19,912 bases of DNA from a bacterium (lineage in GTDB: Bacteria; SZUA-182; DTGQ01): assembly GCA_040752695.1 (NCBI GenBank), contig JBFMGO010000111.1, forward strand, positions 1 to 19,912, given 5' to 3'. Shown here in pieces: positions 1 to 7,993 of this stretch (position 1 is its first letter; each line of letters starts with the position of its first letter). The translations under genes were made by a program, and so were the position numbers. The notes beneath the pieces were generated by a model that saw only the letters and a list, made by a program, of their open reading frames with translations, did not search any database and was not told the DNA's origin.

Positions 1-402
1 CTTTATATGTGATTCTCCTTTCTTCTTCATTTCTTCAATTCTGTTAACCAACCGCTTCGAGAGTTTTCCAACAAAATTGCTTTTCCTCTTATTTTCTAAT
101 ACCTCATCGATATCACCTTTACCTATTACCTGATAATTACTGTCCAAGTCGATTGCATAAACCTTACCTGCCTTTTTATCAATGACCTTAGCTCTATACA
201 CATTTTCCGGCTTTAAAGTGACGATATTGGTAACCTCTAAATTCTCTATTGGTATATTCTCCCTTTTAGAAACCTTGGCTAATATATTATCTTTAAGGCC
301 GTTTGCGATACTTTCCGTTCTGGCGGCATTTCCAAAATAAAGGCTGACCAGGACAGATACTACCATTACGCTTAAAATAAAGCTGCTTTTCTTCCTTGAC
401 AT
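1..402 (-). CDS. Secreted protein, N-terminal 134 aa only (runs off window start); function unknown, possibly the pro-region of a secreted enzyme
   Basis: Not in the ORF track because it has no stop in the window. Hand translation: MSRKKSSFILSVMVVSVLVSLYFGNAARTESIANGLKDNILAKVSKRENIPIENLEVTNIVTLKPENVYRAKVIDKKAGKVYAIDLDSNY...GKLSKRLVNRIEEMKKKGESHIK, open to base 1. Basic plus hydrophobic signal peptide; SD AAGGAAGG at 411-418. Confidence 0.8.
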   Translation of the reverse strand, partial: MSRKKSSFILSVMVVSVLVSLYFGNAARTESIANGLKDNILAKVSKRENIPIENLEVTNIVTLKPENVYRAKVIDKKAGKVYAIDLDSNYQVIGKGDIDEVLENKRKSNFVGKLSKRLVNRIEEMKKKGESHIK

Positions 403-903
403 GTTATATACCTTCCTTATCATATTTTAATTCTACGGAAAAATTTATTCCTACGGAAAAAAGCCAATTACAGACTTACCAAAACCCGCTTAAAAATAAT
501 GTATTATCATCACCTCCTTGTTTTGAAATGTGCACCCATATCTTATAGTCGAGGCGCCACAGATCAACACCGCCCGGTTGAGCGGCCCGATAGAGTGGTC
601 ACCAACAACCCCTATACGGCCGCATCCCCTGGATGGGCACACACCTTGAAGGGGTGCCCATGGAAGGAGGCAAGATTTTTCGCTGCGGGAACTCAAAATC
701 CCCATAAAAACAAGGGAGATGAAAAAACCATGTCTTGCAAGGCCACACACAGAGGGGGCCGGCAACCTGCTGGCTATCCCGTATGAGTGTATGAGTGCCA
801 GATGGTACCTATGCAAGCTTCCAAATTAAACCGGCAATAAATTTTATTAATTGAATATTTAATAAATATTAAAATTTATCTTAGATATTTTTAATTTTAA
901 ATT

Positions 904-921
904 ATACAAATACAATGCCAA
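904..921 (-). promoter_or_regulatory. Putative sigma54 (-24/-12) promoter directed at the 1-402 gene
   Basis: Minus strand TTGGCATTGTATTTGTAT = GG-N10-GT (GT instead of canonical GC), in an AT-rich tract, with IHF-like and UAS-like sites upstream. Confidence 0.45.
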
Positions 922-961
922 AAGCAAAATAAAGAAAAATAAAAATATATTTTTATTAATT

Positions 962-974
962 TACAATAACTTAC
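962..974 (+). promoter_or_regulatory. IHF-like binding site
   Basis: TACAATAACTTAC matches the CAA-N4-TTR core, with an A/T-rich tract 5' of it, between the UAS boxes and the sigma54-like site. Confidence 0.35.
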
Positions 975-1030
975 GAGAAGTCAAAAACCAGGGTGGTGTG
1001 GATTTTCAGAGGTGATAAAGGGATGGAGGC

Positions 1031-1147
1031 GGCCAACTTCTTGACCTGTGGTCAGAATTATGGCCTGTTTTTTTCAGTTAATATACTGATTATAGAGGCT
1101 TTTATAGCTTAGGCCAAAAAGTTGCCCCATAGGCCAAAAAGTTGGCC
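1031..1147. promoter_or_regulatory. Four 16-bp palindromic boxes (GGYCA-N6-TGVCC) in two tandem pairs; candidate enhancer-binding-protein UAS
   Basis: GGCCAACTTCTTGACC (1031), GGTCAGAATTATGGCC (1050), GGCCAAAAAGTTGCCC (1112), GGCCAAAAAGTTGGCC (1132); 19-20 bp spacing within each pair. Confidence 0.55.
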
Positions 1148-1232
1148 TCTTTGCACCGCTCCTACTCGATGGATGGGATGGAAGTTCCTCGGCGGGTGCC
1201 CTGCCGGTCCTGCAAGCATGGGTTTTTTCCCT

Positions 1233-1658
1233 AAGAGGCTATCTAAAAAGTATAAGAGGCTATCTAAAAAGTAGCAGGTGAGGTAGAATAAACACGCATT
1301 GTTTCAATTAGTTATAAGGTAGAAATCGATTTAGAGTGATTGAGCAGCCTGATCCTACTCCCCAAGATCCCCCCAATTTGAGTGCGGATAAGGGTTATGA
1401 CTACGAGGAATGCCATAAGGTGGCAATAGAGCATGGCTATGTTCCCTATATCCGCTCCAACAGGGGAAGAGAAGAAAGCCAAACAGGAACATCCCGACTA
1501 TAAGCCTCGTCGATGGGTAGTTGAAGTGACCCATTCCTGGCTCAACCGCTTTCGTAAGATCTTGGTCCGTTTTGAGAAAAAACTTGATCGTCACCTCGGC
1601 CTGCTTCAATTGGCTTGTGCTTATATTGTCTTCAAACGGGCTGAGACTTTTTCAGATG
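1233..1658 (+). mobile_element. IS5-family insertion sequence remnant (internally deleted, duplicated left end, truncated right end)
   Basis: TAAGAGGCTATCTAAAAAGTA occurs twice in tandem at 1233-1274. Its reverse complement (ACTTTTTAGAT...) partly matches ACTTTTTCAGAT at about 1646-1657, where the transposase-like sequence ends. Confidence 0.7.
1342..1658 (+). pseudogene. IS5-family DDE transposase, C-terminal fragment with a frameshift near 1455-1460
   Basis: One frame reads QPDPTPQDPPNLSADKGYDYEECHKVAIEHGYVPYIRS (ADKGYD motif). The next frame reads GEEKKAKQEHPDYKPRRWVVEVTHSWLNRFRKILVRFEKK (RWVVE..HSWL.RFR signature). The N-terminal half is missing. Confidence 0.85.
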
Positions 1659-1795
1659 ATGTGCTATGGACACTGGAAATATTAGGTTATCGACAAAAGC
1701 GAAATGACTTACCATTATTTATCACATAATAAATATCACATAGAAAAAAACGAGAACGGCTACTCACCCAAGCACCTTAATCCTCGTTGTAGTAT

Positions 1796-1890
1796 TATAG
1801 CGGTTTTCAGTTGCATGTGCTACATATACAGGTTATTCTTCTAAAAATATCAATGCAATACAGTAGCTTACCCAAGTGCAAACCGCTATA
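1796..1890. mobile_element. 95-bp MITE-like element with TATAGCGGTTT terminal inverted repeats (TA ends, Correia/IS630-like)
   Basis: TATAGCGGTTTTCAGTTG ... CAAGTGCAAACCGCTATA, 16/18 inverted match; non-coding AT-rich interior. Confidence 0.6.
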
Positions 1891-2078
1891 AATAACCACT
1901 GCCTATTCAAATAACCACTGTCTACTTTAAGCAAACTACTTCGCTAAAGACCATGAGGCAAAAGTTCCGATAAGAGGTTGTACAATCTGTTCTCAAGTTA
2001 AATACAGTACACGACAAAATACAATACACGATAGATGAAATATGCAGCCAATCAGGTGTTATTCTGAAATTTTCGGCA

Positions 2079-2097
2079 TGTCATTCGAGGAATGACA
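2079..2097. repeat. Collapsed GTCATTC/GAATGAC palindrome (remnant of the REP-like family)
   Basis: TGTCATTC-GAG-GAATGACA has the same termini as the elements at 2529, about 5413 and about 9750. Confidence 0.45.
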
Positions 2098-2125
2098 ACT
2101 GCACTGATAATTTCATTTATGAATG

Positions 2126-2221
2126 CCCCTCACCCCAGTCCCCTCCCGCAGGGGGAGAGAGAGATTAGGTGCGCCCTATACAGGGAAAGCGAGATTAGGT
2201 GCGCATCACACAGGGGAAAGG
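2126..2221 (+). repeat. CCCCTCACCCC..CCCTCCC..GGGGAGAG palindromic repeat followed by a ~30-bp tandem duplication
   Basis: Reads as 'PHPSPLPQGER', a widespread intergenic repeat type; GAGATTAGGTGCGC recurs at 2161 and 2191. Confidence 0.5.
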
Positions 2222-2360
2222 AGTCGCCCCTCGTAAGGGGAAAAAAACAGGTACTTAAATTGTCAGGGCGAGAAGAGTATGTGGGCAATATCGCATGGAT
2301 TACCAAGGTAATCCAGTAATCAAGCTCATGCAGCATTATCAAGCCAAGGCATTGTAACGG

Positions 2361-2481
2361 AACTGACAGGCAGGCTAAACCTACAGGCAGGTTGAAACCA
2401 GCAGGCAGGTGAAATAAGCAAGCAGGCTAAACCAGCAGGCAGGTGAAACTATCAGACAGGTGAAACCAGCAGGCAGGCTAA
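2361..2481 (+). repeat. Non-coding tandem array, about 7 x 17 bp (consensus AAACCAGCAGGCAGGTG)
   Basis: Seven contiguous degenerate units with no spacers. Confidence 0.85.
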
Positions 2482-2528
2482 GTACACATCGCGGGAAATA
2501 CGCAACCAGATAGTGTGCGGTAACCCTT

Positions 2529-2627
2529 CGTCATTCCCGTGAAGCCTGTCCTGAGCAGGCTTTAGGCGGGGAACGGGAATCCAGAAGCCCTGGAAAAACC
2601 TGGATTCCCGTCTTCACGGGAATGACG
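2529..2627. repeat. REP-like palindromic element (GTCATTCCCG...GGGAATCCAG...CTGGATTCCCG...CGGGAATGAC)
   Basis: Nested inverted repeats with ATTCCC-N8-GGGAAT type arms; the left arm carries an extra inserted hairpin (AAGCCTG..CAGGCTT). Confidence 0.75.
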
Positions 2628-2755
2628 GTTGGTTAGACTTCCCCTCAAGAGTGTCCACTATATGGACGAGGGCAACCGGTCGCGTATTTCCCGCGGCCTG
2701 TACTAAGCCTAAAGATTATTGAAATCAACAGATAAGCATAAGGAGGCGGTGATAA

Positions 2756-3613
2756 TTGGATGCGAAATCCTGGACCCCGTACGGGCTTGCTCTTCTTGAT
2801 TTCCTGAACGGCAAGACCGCAGCACAGATCATTGTCCATGAAGCTGATGGAAGAAAGAGGAAGATGCCGGCAAGCACCTTTTTTCGGACTCCTCCGGAGT
2901 TTCCGCTTTTGGAAAGTACCGCCCTAAGCCTCTGCCGGGGCCGTGTCCTTGATATTGGCGCGGGAGCCGGATGCCATAGTCTCGCCCTCCAGGAGCAGGG
3001 TTTTTCGGTATGTGCCATCGATATCTCTTCAAAAGCAGTGGAAGTTATGAGGATGCGGGGAGTAAAAGAGGTTTACTGCACTGATATCTTTAACTTTAAA
3101 ACAGAAAAGCCATTTGACACGATTCTCATGATGATGAATGGCATAGGAGTAGTCGAAAACCCTGATGCCCTCGGTCTTTTTCTGAATAGTGCTCACAGCC
3201 TGCTTAGATCGGGGGGACAGATCCTGCTGGACTCTTCCGATATGAGGGATACCGCCAGGAATGTCACGCCTTCAGGTCTGTTATCCTATCCAGACTCTAA
3301 GCAGCAGGCATCGGCTCAACAGGCATCAGACCGGCAGGCACCGGCTCAACGGGCATCGGACCAACAGGCATCGGACCGGCAGGCACCAAGTCAACAGGCA
3401 TCAGACCGGCAGGCATCGAATCAACAATCGGGCCGGTATATTGGAGAGGTAAAGTTTCAGATGGAATATAAGGGGAAGAAAGGGTCCCCCTTTTGGTGGC
3501 TGTTTGTCGATCCCGATATGCTCACGGAGAAAGCCTCAAAAGCAGGTTGGTCCTGCGAGGTCATCTACCGGGAGTGGGATGGGCACTACCTGTCCCGGCT
3601 GCTTTCCCTTTAG
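2756..3613 (+). CDS. Class I SAM-dependent methyltransferase with an in-frame repeat insertion
   Basis: Motif I VLDIGAGAG, AIDIS, FDTILMMMNGIG, LRSGGQILLDS; TTG start with AGGAGG at 2741-2746. Confidence 0.9.
   Translation: MDAKSWTPYGLALLDFLNGKTAAQIIVHEADGRKRKMPASTFFRTPPEFPLLESTALSLCRGRVLDIGAGAGCHSLALQEQGFSVCAIDISSKAVEVMRMRGVKEVYCTDIFNFKTEKPFDTILMMMNGIGVVENPDALGLFLNSAHSLLRSGGQILLDSSDMRDTARNVTPSGLLSYPDSKQQASAQQASDRQAPAQRASDQQASDRQAPSQQASDRQASNQQSGRYIGEVKFQMEYKGKKGSPFWWLFVDPDMLTEKASKAGWSCEVIYREWDGHYLSRLLSL
3302..3421 (+). repeat. 8 x 15-bp coding tandem repeat ([QR][QR]A[SP]x pentapeptide)
   Basis: CAACAGGCATCGGAC-like units encoding QQASA QQASD RQAPA QRASD QQASD RQAPS QQASD RQASN. Confidence 0.9.
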
Positions 3614-3720
3614 GAGCGTTGCGATCAGGAATGTTGTGATGCAGACAGAGGGCGCCCAGACAGCCGTTCCCATCCGGCCAGTCAGCCAGGAGGGTGGCCA
3701 GTAGCGGGAAAAGTGGGCAG

Positions 3721-4125
3721 TCAGTATTTTCTCTCTTTCCAGTCAGCCTCTATCCGGTCAGCGCTCCATCCAGTCAATCCCTTCCGGTCGGTGTCCATTC
3801 GGTCAGCTTCCATCCGGTCGGCCAGAAATGGCAAAAGCTCGGTTAAATCCTCCAACACCTGTCCACCGCCCTGAATAATCCGGTTGTACCAGTAAAGGCC
3901 ATCCCCATTTTCCGTAAAGTCAATCTTTTGGCCATCTTCGATCCCATGCCGCAGGACTACCACCAGCTTGTCCATCTTGAGTGCCTGCACCACAGCCCGG
4001 AGGTTATACACATTTCCTTTCGTAAAGGGCTCAAGGGGATCTGTCAGCGCCCATAGAAGAGGTCCTCCCTCGCTGGTCCCTCCTCTCTTCCTATCTAAAA
4101 CATACCCATCATTTCTAAAACACAC
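3721..4125 (-). CDS. Hypothetical protein or C-terminal gene fragment with a repeat-derived tail
   Basis: Globular-looking alpha/beta core (LLWALTDPLEPFTKGNVYNLRAVVQALKMDKLVVVLRHG...GGQVLEDLTELLPFL), then degenerate 15-bp repeats (DRMEA DRMDT..DRIEA). The start lies in a 20-bp duplication (about 4093-4132). Confidence 0.4.
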   Translation of the reverse strand: MCFRNDGYVLDRKRGGTSEGGPLLWALTDPLEPFTKGNVYNLRAVVQALKMDKLVVVLRHGIEDGQKIDFTENGDGLYWYNRIIQGGGQVLEDLTELLPFLADRMEADRMDTDRKGLTGWSADRIEADWKERKY

Positions 4126-4275
4126 CCATCATTCCCCCTAAAATCGTATCGAGCCACCTATTACCCTGTCAATCGAATATTGAGGGGTAACTGGTAAGCT
4201 TTCGCTCAGAATGACGCGGGTGGGCAAATTGAGCCCAAGGGTCATTACATTACCCATCAATTGGAACTTGACAAG

Positions 4276-5349
4276 CTACTTGGCCGGGATAAAGGAAATT
4301 TCAGCAGATAGGTTCCTGATAAATGCAGCCAGTAAACGAGCCGTATTTTCCAGATCCTGGAGAGAAACAACCTCAACAGGGGTATGCATATATCGGCAGG
4401 GAATACTGACCAATCCAGTCGCCACTCCGCCTCTGGCTAATTGGATAACGTTGGCATCGGTGCCTGTGCTCCGGGGTACCCCCTCTATCTGGAAGGATAT
4501 TTCCTTTTCCCTGGCTGCCCGGACCAGAAGGTCGAAGACTATGGGATTGATATTTGCTCCGCGTGTAATCATTGGCCCTTTTCCAAGAGCAAAATCGCCC
4601 ACCTTTTTCTTTTCAATGCCTGGCTGATCTGTGGAGAATCCTACATCTACGGCAATCCCAATATCTGGACGATGCTGATATGCACTTGTGGTGGCGCCGC
4701 GAAGGCCGACTTCTTCCTGCACAGTGGCAACGGAAATCAACTGCCCGCAAAAGGGCTTTCCCTCTTCCTTCAATAACCGCAAAGTTTCCGCAACCACGAA
4801 GGAGCCAACCTTATCGTCCAATGCCCTGGAACAGATAAGGCCGTTTCTCAAGTTTTCCAGCCCTACGTCCATGGTGACAGGGTCTCCGATGAGGATCACC
4901 TCTTCGGCTTCCTTTTTATCCCTGGCTCCGATATCGATATAAAGGTCAGTGATTTTGGCAATTTTCTTACGCTCTTCATCTTCCATCAGATGAATCGGTT
5001 TTTTCCCGATAACGCCTAGAATCGAGCCTTGTGACGTATGGATGCGAACTCTATGGCCTGGGATCAGATGGGCATCGATTCCACCGATAGCTGAAAAATA
5101 TAAAAAACCCTGATCGTCAATATACTGAACCATAAAACCTATCTCATCACAATGCCCGCAAAGCATGATTCGTGGCCCGGCATTCCCTCCCGATAAGATC
5201 GCTGAGACGTTTCCCATAACGTCAACAGTTACCTCTTCAGCATAAGATTGAACATATTCCCGGTACACGCGCACTGCTGGTGCTTCAAATCCAGATGGGC
5301 TTGGAGATTCAACCAAATTCTTTAGAAAATCAAATGATTCCTGACGCAT
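4276..5349 (-). CDS. M42 family metallo-aminopeptidase (TET/FrvX-like)
   Basis: SPSGFE, GHCDEIG, GGID, IDIGA, RALDDK, QEEVGLRGA, VDV, GTDA and RYMHTPVE motifs; 357 aa. Confidence 0.95.
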   Translation of the reverse strand: MRQESFDFLKNLVESPSPSGFEAPAVRVYREYVQSYAEEVTVDVMGNVSAILSGGNAGPRIMLCGHCDEIGFMVQYIDDQGFLYFSAIGGIDAHLIPGHRVRIHTSQGSILGVIGKKPIHLMEDEERKKIAKITDLYIDIGARDKKEAEEVILIGDPVTMDVGLENLRNGLICSRALDDKVGSFVVAETLRLLKEEGKPFCGQLISVATVQEEVGLRGATTSAYQHRPDIGIAVDVGFSTDQPGIEKKKVGDFALGKGPMITRGANINPIVFDLLVRAAREKEISFQIEGVPRSTGTDANVIQLARGGVATGLVSIPCRYMHTPVEVVSLQDLENTARLLAAFIRNLSAEISFIPAK

Positions 5350-5394
5350 AAGCAGCCTTTCCTCGATTTTTAATTTTGCATCTATGGTAGTGAT

Positions 5395-5499
5395 CTATAC
5401 TTTTGCACTTTTTGTCATTCCCGCCTTCGCGGGAATGACGGGTAGTCATTACGAAGTTATTGGTATTTCAATCACTTACTAAAAAGTGCAAAAGCATAG
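5395..5499 (+). mobile_element. 105-bp MITE, copy 1
   Basis: TIRs CTATACTTTTGCACTTTTT / AAAAAGTGCAAAAGCATAG; flanking 8-bp direct repeat GTAGTGAT (5387-5394, 5500-5507); internal GTCATTCCCGC-CTTC-GCGGGAATGAC hairpin. Confidence 0.85.
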
Positions 5500-5771
5500 G
5501 TAGTGATGCCAATACTATTTACCTGATAATGCTCCATGAGCAAGATTGCCTCGGTAACACTGAATAACCTTGATAATATGGGCACCTGTTTTGCACTGTT
5601 GAGTATCTTTACCTACCTACTCTCTCACAGCTATTGAGAATCTTCTCCCATAGTTATCGAGTATCTTCACTCTCCCGCCTGAAAAATGCAGTCATGGTAC
5701 CATGCTTCCTTTAATTCAGCAAGTCGAAACTATCCGGTCCCTTATTCTCTTGCCCCTCAACCTCATGAAGG

Positions 5772-5801
5772 TTGACAAAACCTATCGATCTCAATTATCA
5801 T
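5772..5801 (+). promoter_or_regulatory. Putative sigma70 promoter
   Basis: TTGACA-18 nt-TATCAT in the divergent intergenic region, upstream of the 6263 gene. Confidence 0.5.
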
Positions 5802-6262
5802 ACATATACCTGAAAAGGGTAGAAGTCATTAAAAGGGAAACGATTTCATTCTGTTAGGCAATGCATTCTCAGACAATACGCCTTCTCATCACTTCCTGCA
5901 TTAATCTCATGCTGCCGATCGAAACAGGAGTGAAGAATATACATAGTAGAAAAAGAGAAAAGCGAGTCTTCGCACCCATGGGTACTCTTTCGGAATTTAC
6001 CTTTGGGATGATGGCGACAGGCTTCCATCCTTGCGGCCTCAAAGGGACTGCCGTCGTCCAATCCCTTACTTGGCGAAAAGGTATGAGAAGAGGAAGGGGA
6101 AGTATCGAGAAAAGGGGGAAGATATTTGGGAATAAGCTCAAATAATAAGGACAATATGAAGAATAGAAAAAATCGGATGGATATGAAAATGAATATGAAA
6201 AAGAAAAATAATAATGACATGCCAATAATTCAAATACGAGCGAGGGGAAAGAGATAATACTC

Positions 6263-7273
6263 ATGCCGAAGCTAAAAAAAAGTATAACGACTATTTTCAA
6301 GATCGCTTTTGCTTCCGGCTTGATCTGGTACTTGATCTCGAGCGGCAGCCTCAATATTCAGTCAATGGGCAAAGCCCTGACGCACACCTTTTGGTTTTCG
6401 CTGGTCACTTTGCTGATGGGTATGCTCGTATTCATCACTTCCTATCGATGGTACCTGCTTTTACTTGCTCAGGGAGTAACGATCAGTTTTTGGAAGACCT
6501 TGAGTTTGAATTTTATTGGGATGTTTTTCAATATTTGTCTGCCGGGCTCCACGGGAGGAGATCTGGCAAAATGCTACTATGTGGCATCTATTTATCCGGA
6601 TAAGAAAGCATCCACGATTACTACGGTTCTGATCGATCGGATTTTGGGACTTACCGGATTGATTCTGGTGGGGGGGATAGCAGTGCTTGCTTATCCATCG
6701 ATCAGCCTGGGCGGAAGCAGAATACTCAGGGCTTTCAGTTCTACCATCATCATATTCGGCCTCGGAACCGTTGCGAGCCTGATTATACTTCTCAATATTC
6801 CTGTTTCTTTTATGGAGACCTACCTGGAAAAGTCTTCCCATCTGCCATTGAGAAATCTGTTACTGAAGTTTTATCAGGCACTGCGGGTCTACCGGAATAA
6901 ACAGTCTGTCATCTACTTTGCAATTTTTCTTTCCACGCTGGTCCACACGACAATTGTTATCTCAAGCTTCCTGATCGGCAAGATTATTGGATCAGCCATA
7001 AACTGGCGCTGCTATGGAGTCATTACACCAATGGGCCTTCTCGCTGGCGCTCTGCCCATTGCTCCGGCAGGTCTTGGTGTAGGTGAGGCGGCCTTTGAGT
7101 ACCTCTACCAGCAGGTAAATTCACCAATAGGGGGTGAAATTATGGCCCTGCTTCACATGGTATCGATTTTCTGGGGACTGGTAGGGCTCCCCTTTTATCT
7201 CTTAACCAAAAAAAGCCCCCTTCCTTCCACCGGCCAAATCTGTTCAAAGAAAAGTTTTAGTAACGAATGGTAG
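6263..7273 (+). CDS. Lysylphosphatidylglycerol synthase TM / flippase-like membrane protein (UPF0104-type)
   Basis: Multi-TM; RWYLLL, FIGMFFNICLPGSTGGDLAK, DRILGL and LPIAPAGLGVGE motifs. Confidence 0.85.
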   Translation: MPKLKKSITTIFKIAFASGLIWYLISSGSLNIQSMGKALTHTFWFSLVTLLMGMLVFITSYRWYLLLLAQGVTISFWKTLSLNFIGMFFNICLPGSTGGDLAKCYYVASIYPDKKASTITTVLIDRILGLTGLILVGGIAVLAYPSISLGGSRILRAFSSTIIIFGLGTVASLIILLNIPVSFMETYLEKSSHLPLRNLLLKFYQALRVYRNKQSVIYFAIFLSTLVHTTIVISSFLIGKIIGSAINWRCYGVITPMGLLAGALPIAPAGLGVGEAAFEYLYQQVNSPIGGEIMALLHMVSIFWGLVGLPFYLLTKKSPLPSTGQICSKKSFSNEW

Positions 7274-7380
7274 TATAGATCAGGTAATAACGGATCGTAA
7301 TAACGAATGGCAGGAGAGAATGGTAGTAGAGAATGGTAACGAAAAGTGATAATGTAATGGTGAAAAGTGATAATGGTGAG
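7259..7380 (+). repeat. Degenerate short tandem repeats (TAACGAATGGTAG; AAAAGTGATAATG) between genes
   Basis: Repeated TAACG(A/G)AT units and two copies of GAAAAGTGATAATG. Confidence 0.5.
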
Positions 7381-7860
7381 ATGATGAGTGATTGGGTCCA
7401 CATTGAAAAAAACCAAAGGCATATAGCTAGAGAGAAGGCAAAAGCCAGAGAACTTCGAAAATCTCAGTGGTGGAAGAATAAAATAGCGGCTGGCCTCTGC
7501 GCTTATTGTCATAAAAGGTTCCCGTCACAAGAGTTGACCATGGATCATATTGTACCCCTGGCCCGAGGTGGACGAAGTACCAAGGGAAATGTGGTACCTT
7601 CCTGCAAAAGGTGTAATATTGAGAAAAAATATTATACTCGTGCCGAAATGATAATGGACGAATTAAACGATACCTCTCCTGAACCACCTGATGAACCACC
7701 TGAACCAGTTGAACCGCCTAAACCACCTGGATCTCTTGAACCACTTGACCCTCCTGAATCTCCTGGCCCTCCTGAGCATCCTGAGCCCACGGCATCAACC
7801 GCATCTCCTGACCCTGCCGCACCTGCCGGATCTATCGAACATTCTCCTTCAAAGAAATAG
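7381..7860 (+). CDS. HNH endonuclease-family protein with a Pro/Glu-rich repeat tail (likely start 7381 rather than 7333)
   Basis: CAYC...LTMDHIVPLARGGRSTKGNVVPSCKRCN; the tail from about 7675 is built of 9-bp units (GAACCACCT). Confidence 0.85.
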   Translation: MMSDWVHIEKNQRHIAREKAKARELRKSQWWKNKIAAGLCAYCHKRFPSQELTMDHIVPLARGGRSTKGNVVPSCKRCNIEKKYYTRAEMIMDELNDTSPEPPDEPPEPVEPPKPPGSLEPLDPPESPGPPEHPEPTASTASPDPAAPAGSIEHSPSKK

Positions 7861-7993
7861 CATTTTTAATGAACATTATGAACCATGACCGCATTCGTTC
7901 AAATACCACGAATAACGGGTACTGGACAATGACAATGAAAGGCAAACGAGGCAGCGGGCAAAAAGGAGTAATTATCGTCTTACACGCGAGGCT

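Noticed and set aside
755..800. c-di-GMP-I riboswitch (minus-strand GGATAGCCAGCAGGTTGCCG resembles its 3' end)
   Set aside because: The 5' GGCAAA / GNRA / GACGCAAA elements are not visible upstream
490..816. ORFs 490-816 (-) and 499-786 (+) as proteins
   Set aside because: Mutually overlapping, no recognisable motifs or SD; better explained as a structured non-coding leader
1433..1729. Intact 98-aa transposase ORF
   Set aside because: The ORF start is out of frame with the upstream ADKGYD segment and its tail reads past the element end; it is a pseudogene fragment
2361..2481. CRISPR array
   Set aside because: Units are contiguous and degenerate, with no unique spacers and no cas genes
4211..4942. 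Plus-strand ORFs opposite the M42 peptidase, and similar antisense or alternate-frame ORFs over the other long genes
   Set aside because: Shadows of well-supported CDSs
5846..6354. ORFs 5846-6220, 5861-6145, 5869-6354
   Set aside because: Low-complexity purine-rich intergenic sequence; overlapping frames with no family motifs
7381..7860. HNH protein as part of a defence or mobile system
   Set aside because: Stand-alone small HNH among housekeeping genes; no adjacent DNA methylase, cas or integrase. The 2756 methyltransferase lacks DNA-MTase catalytic motifs such as DPPY/NPPY or PC.
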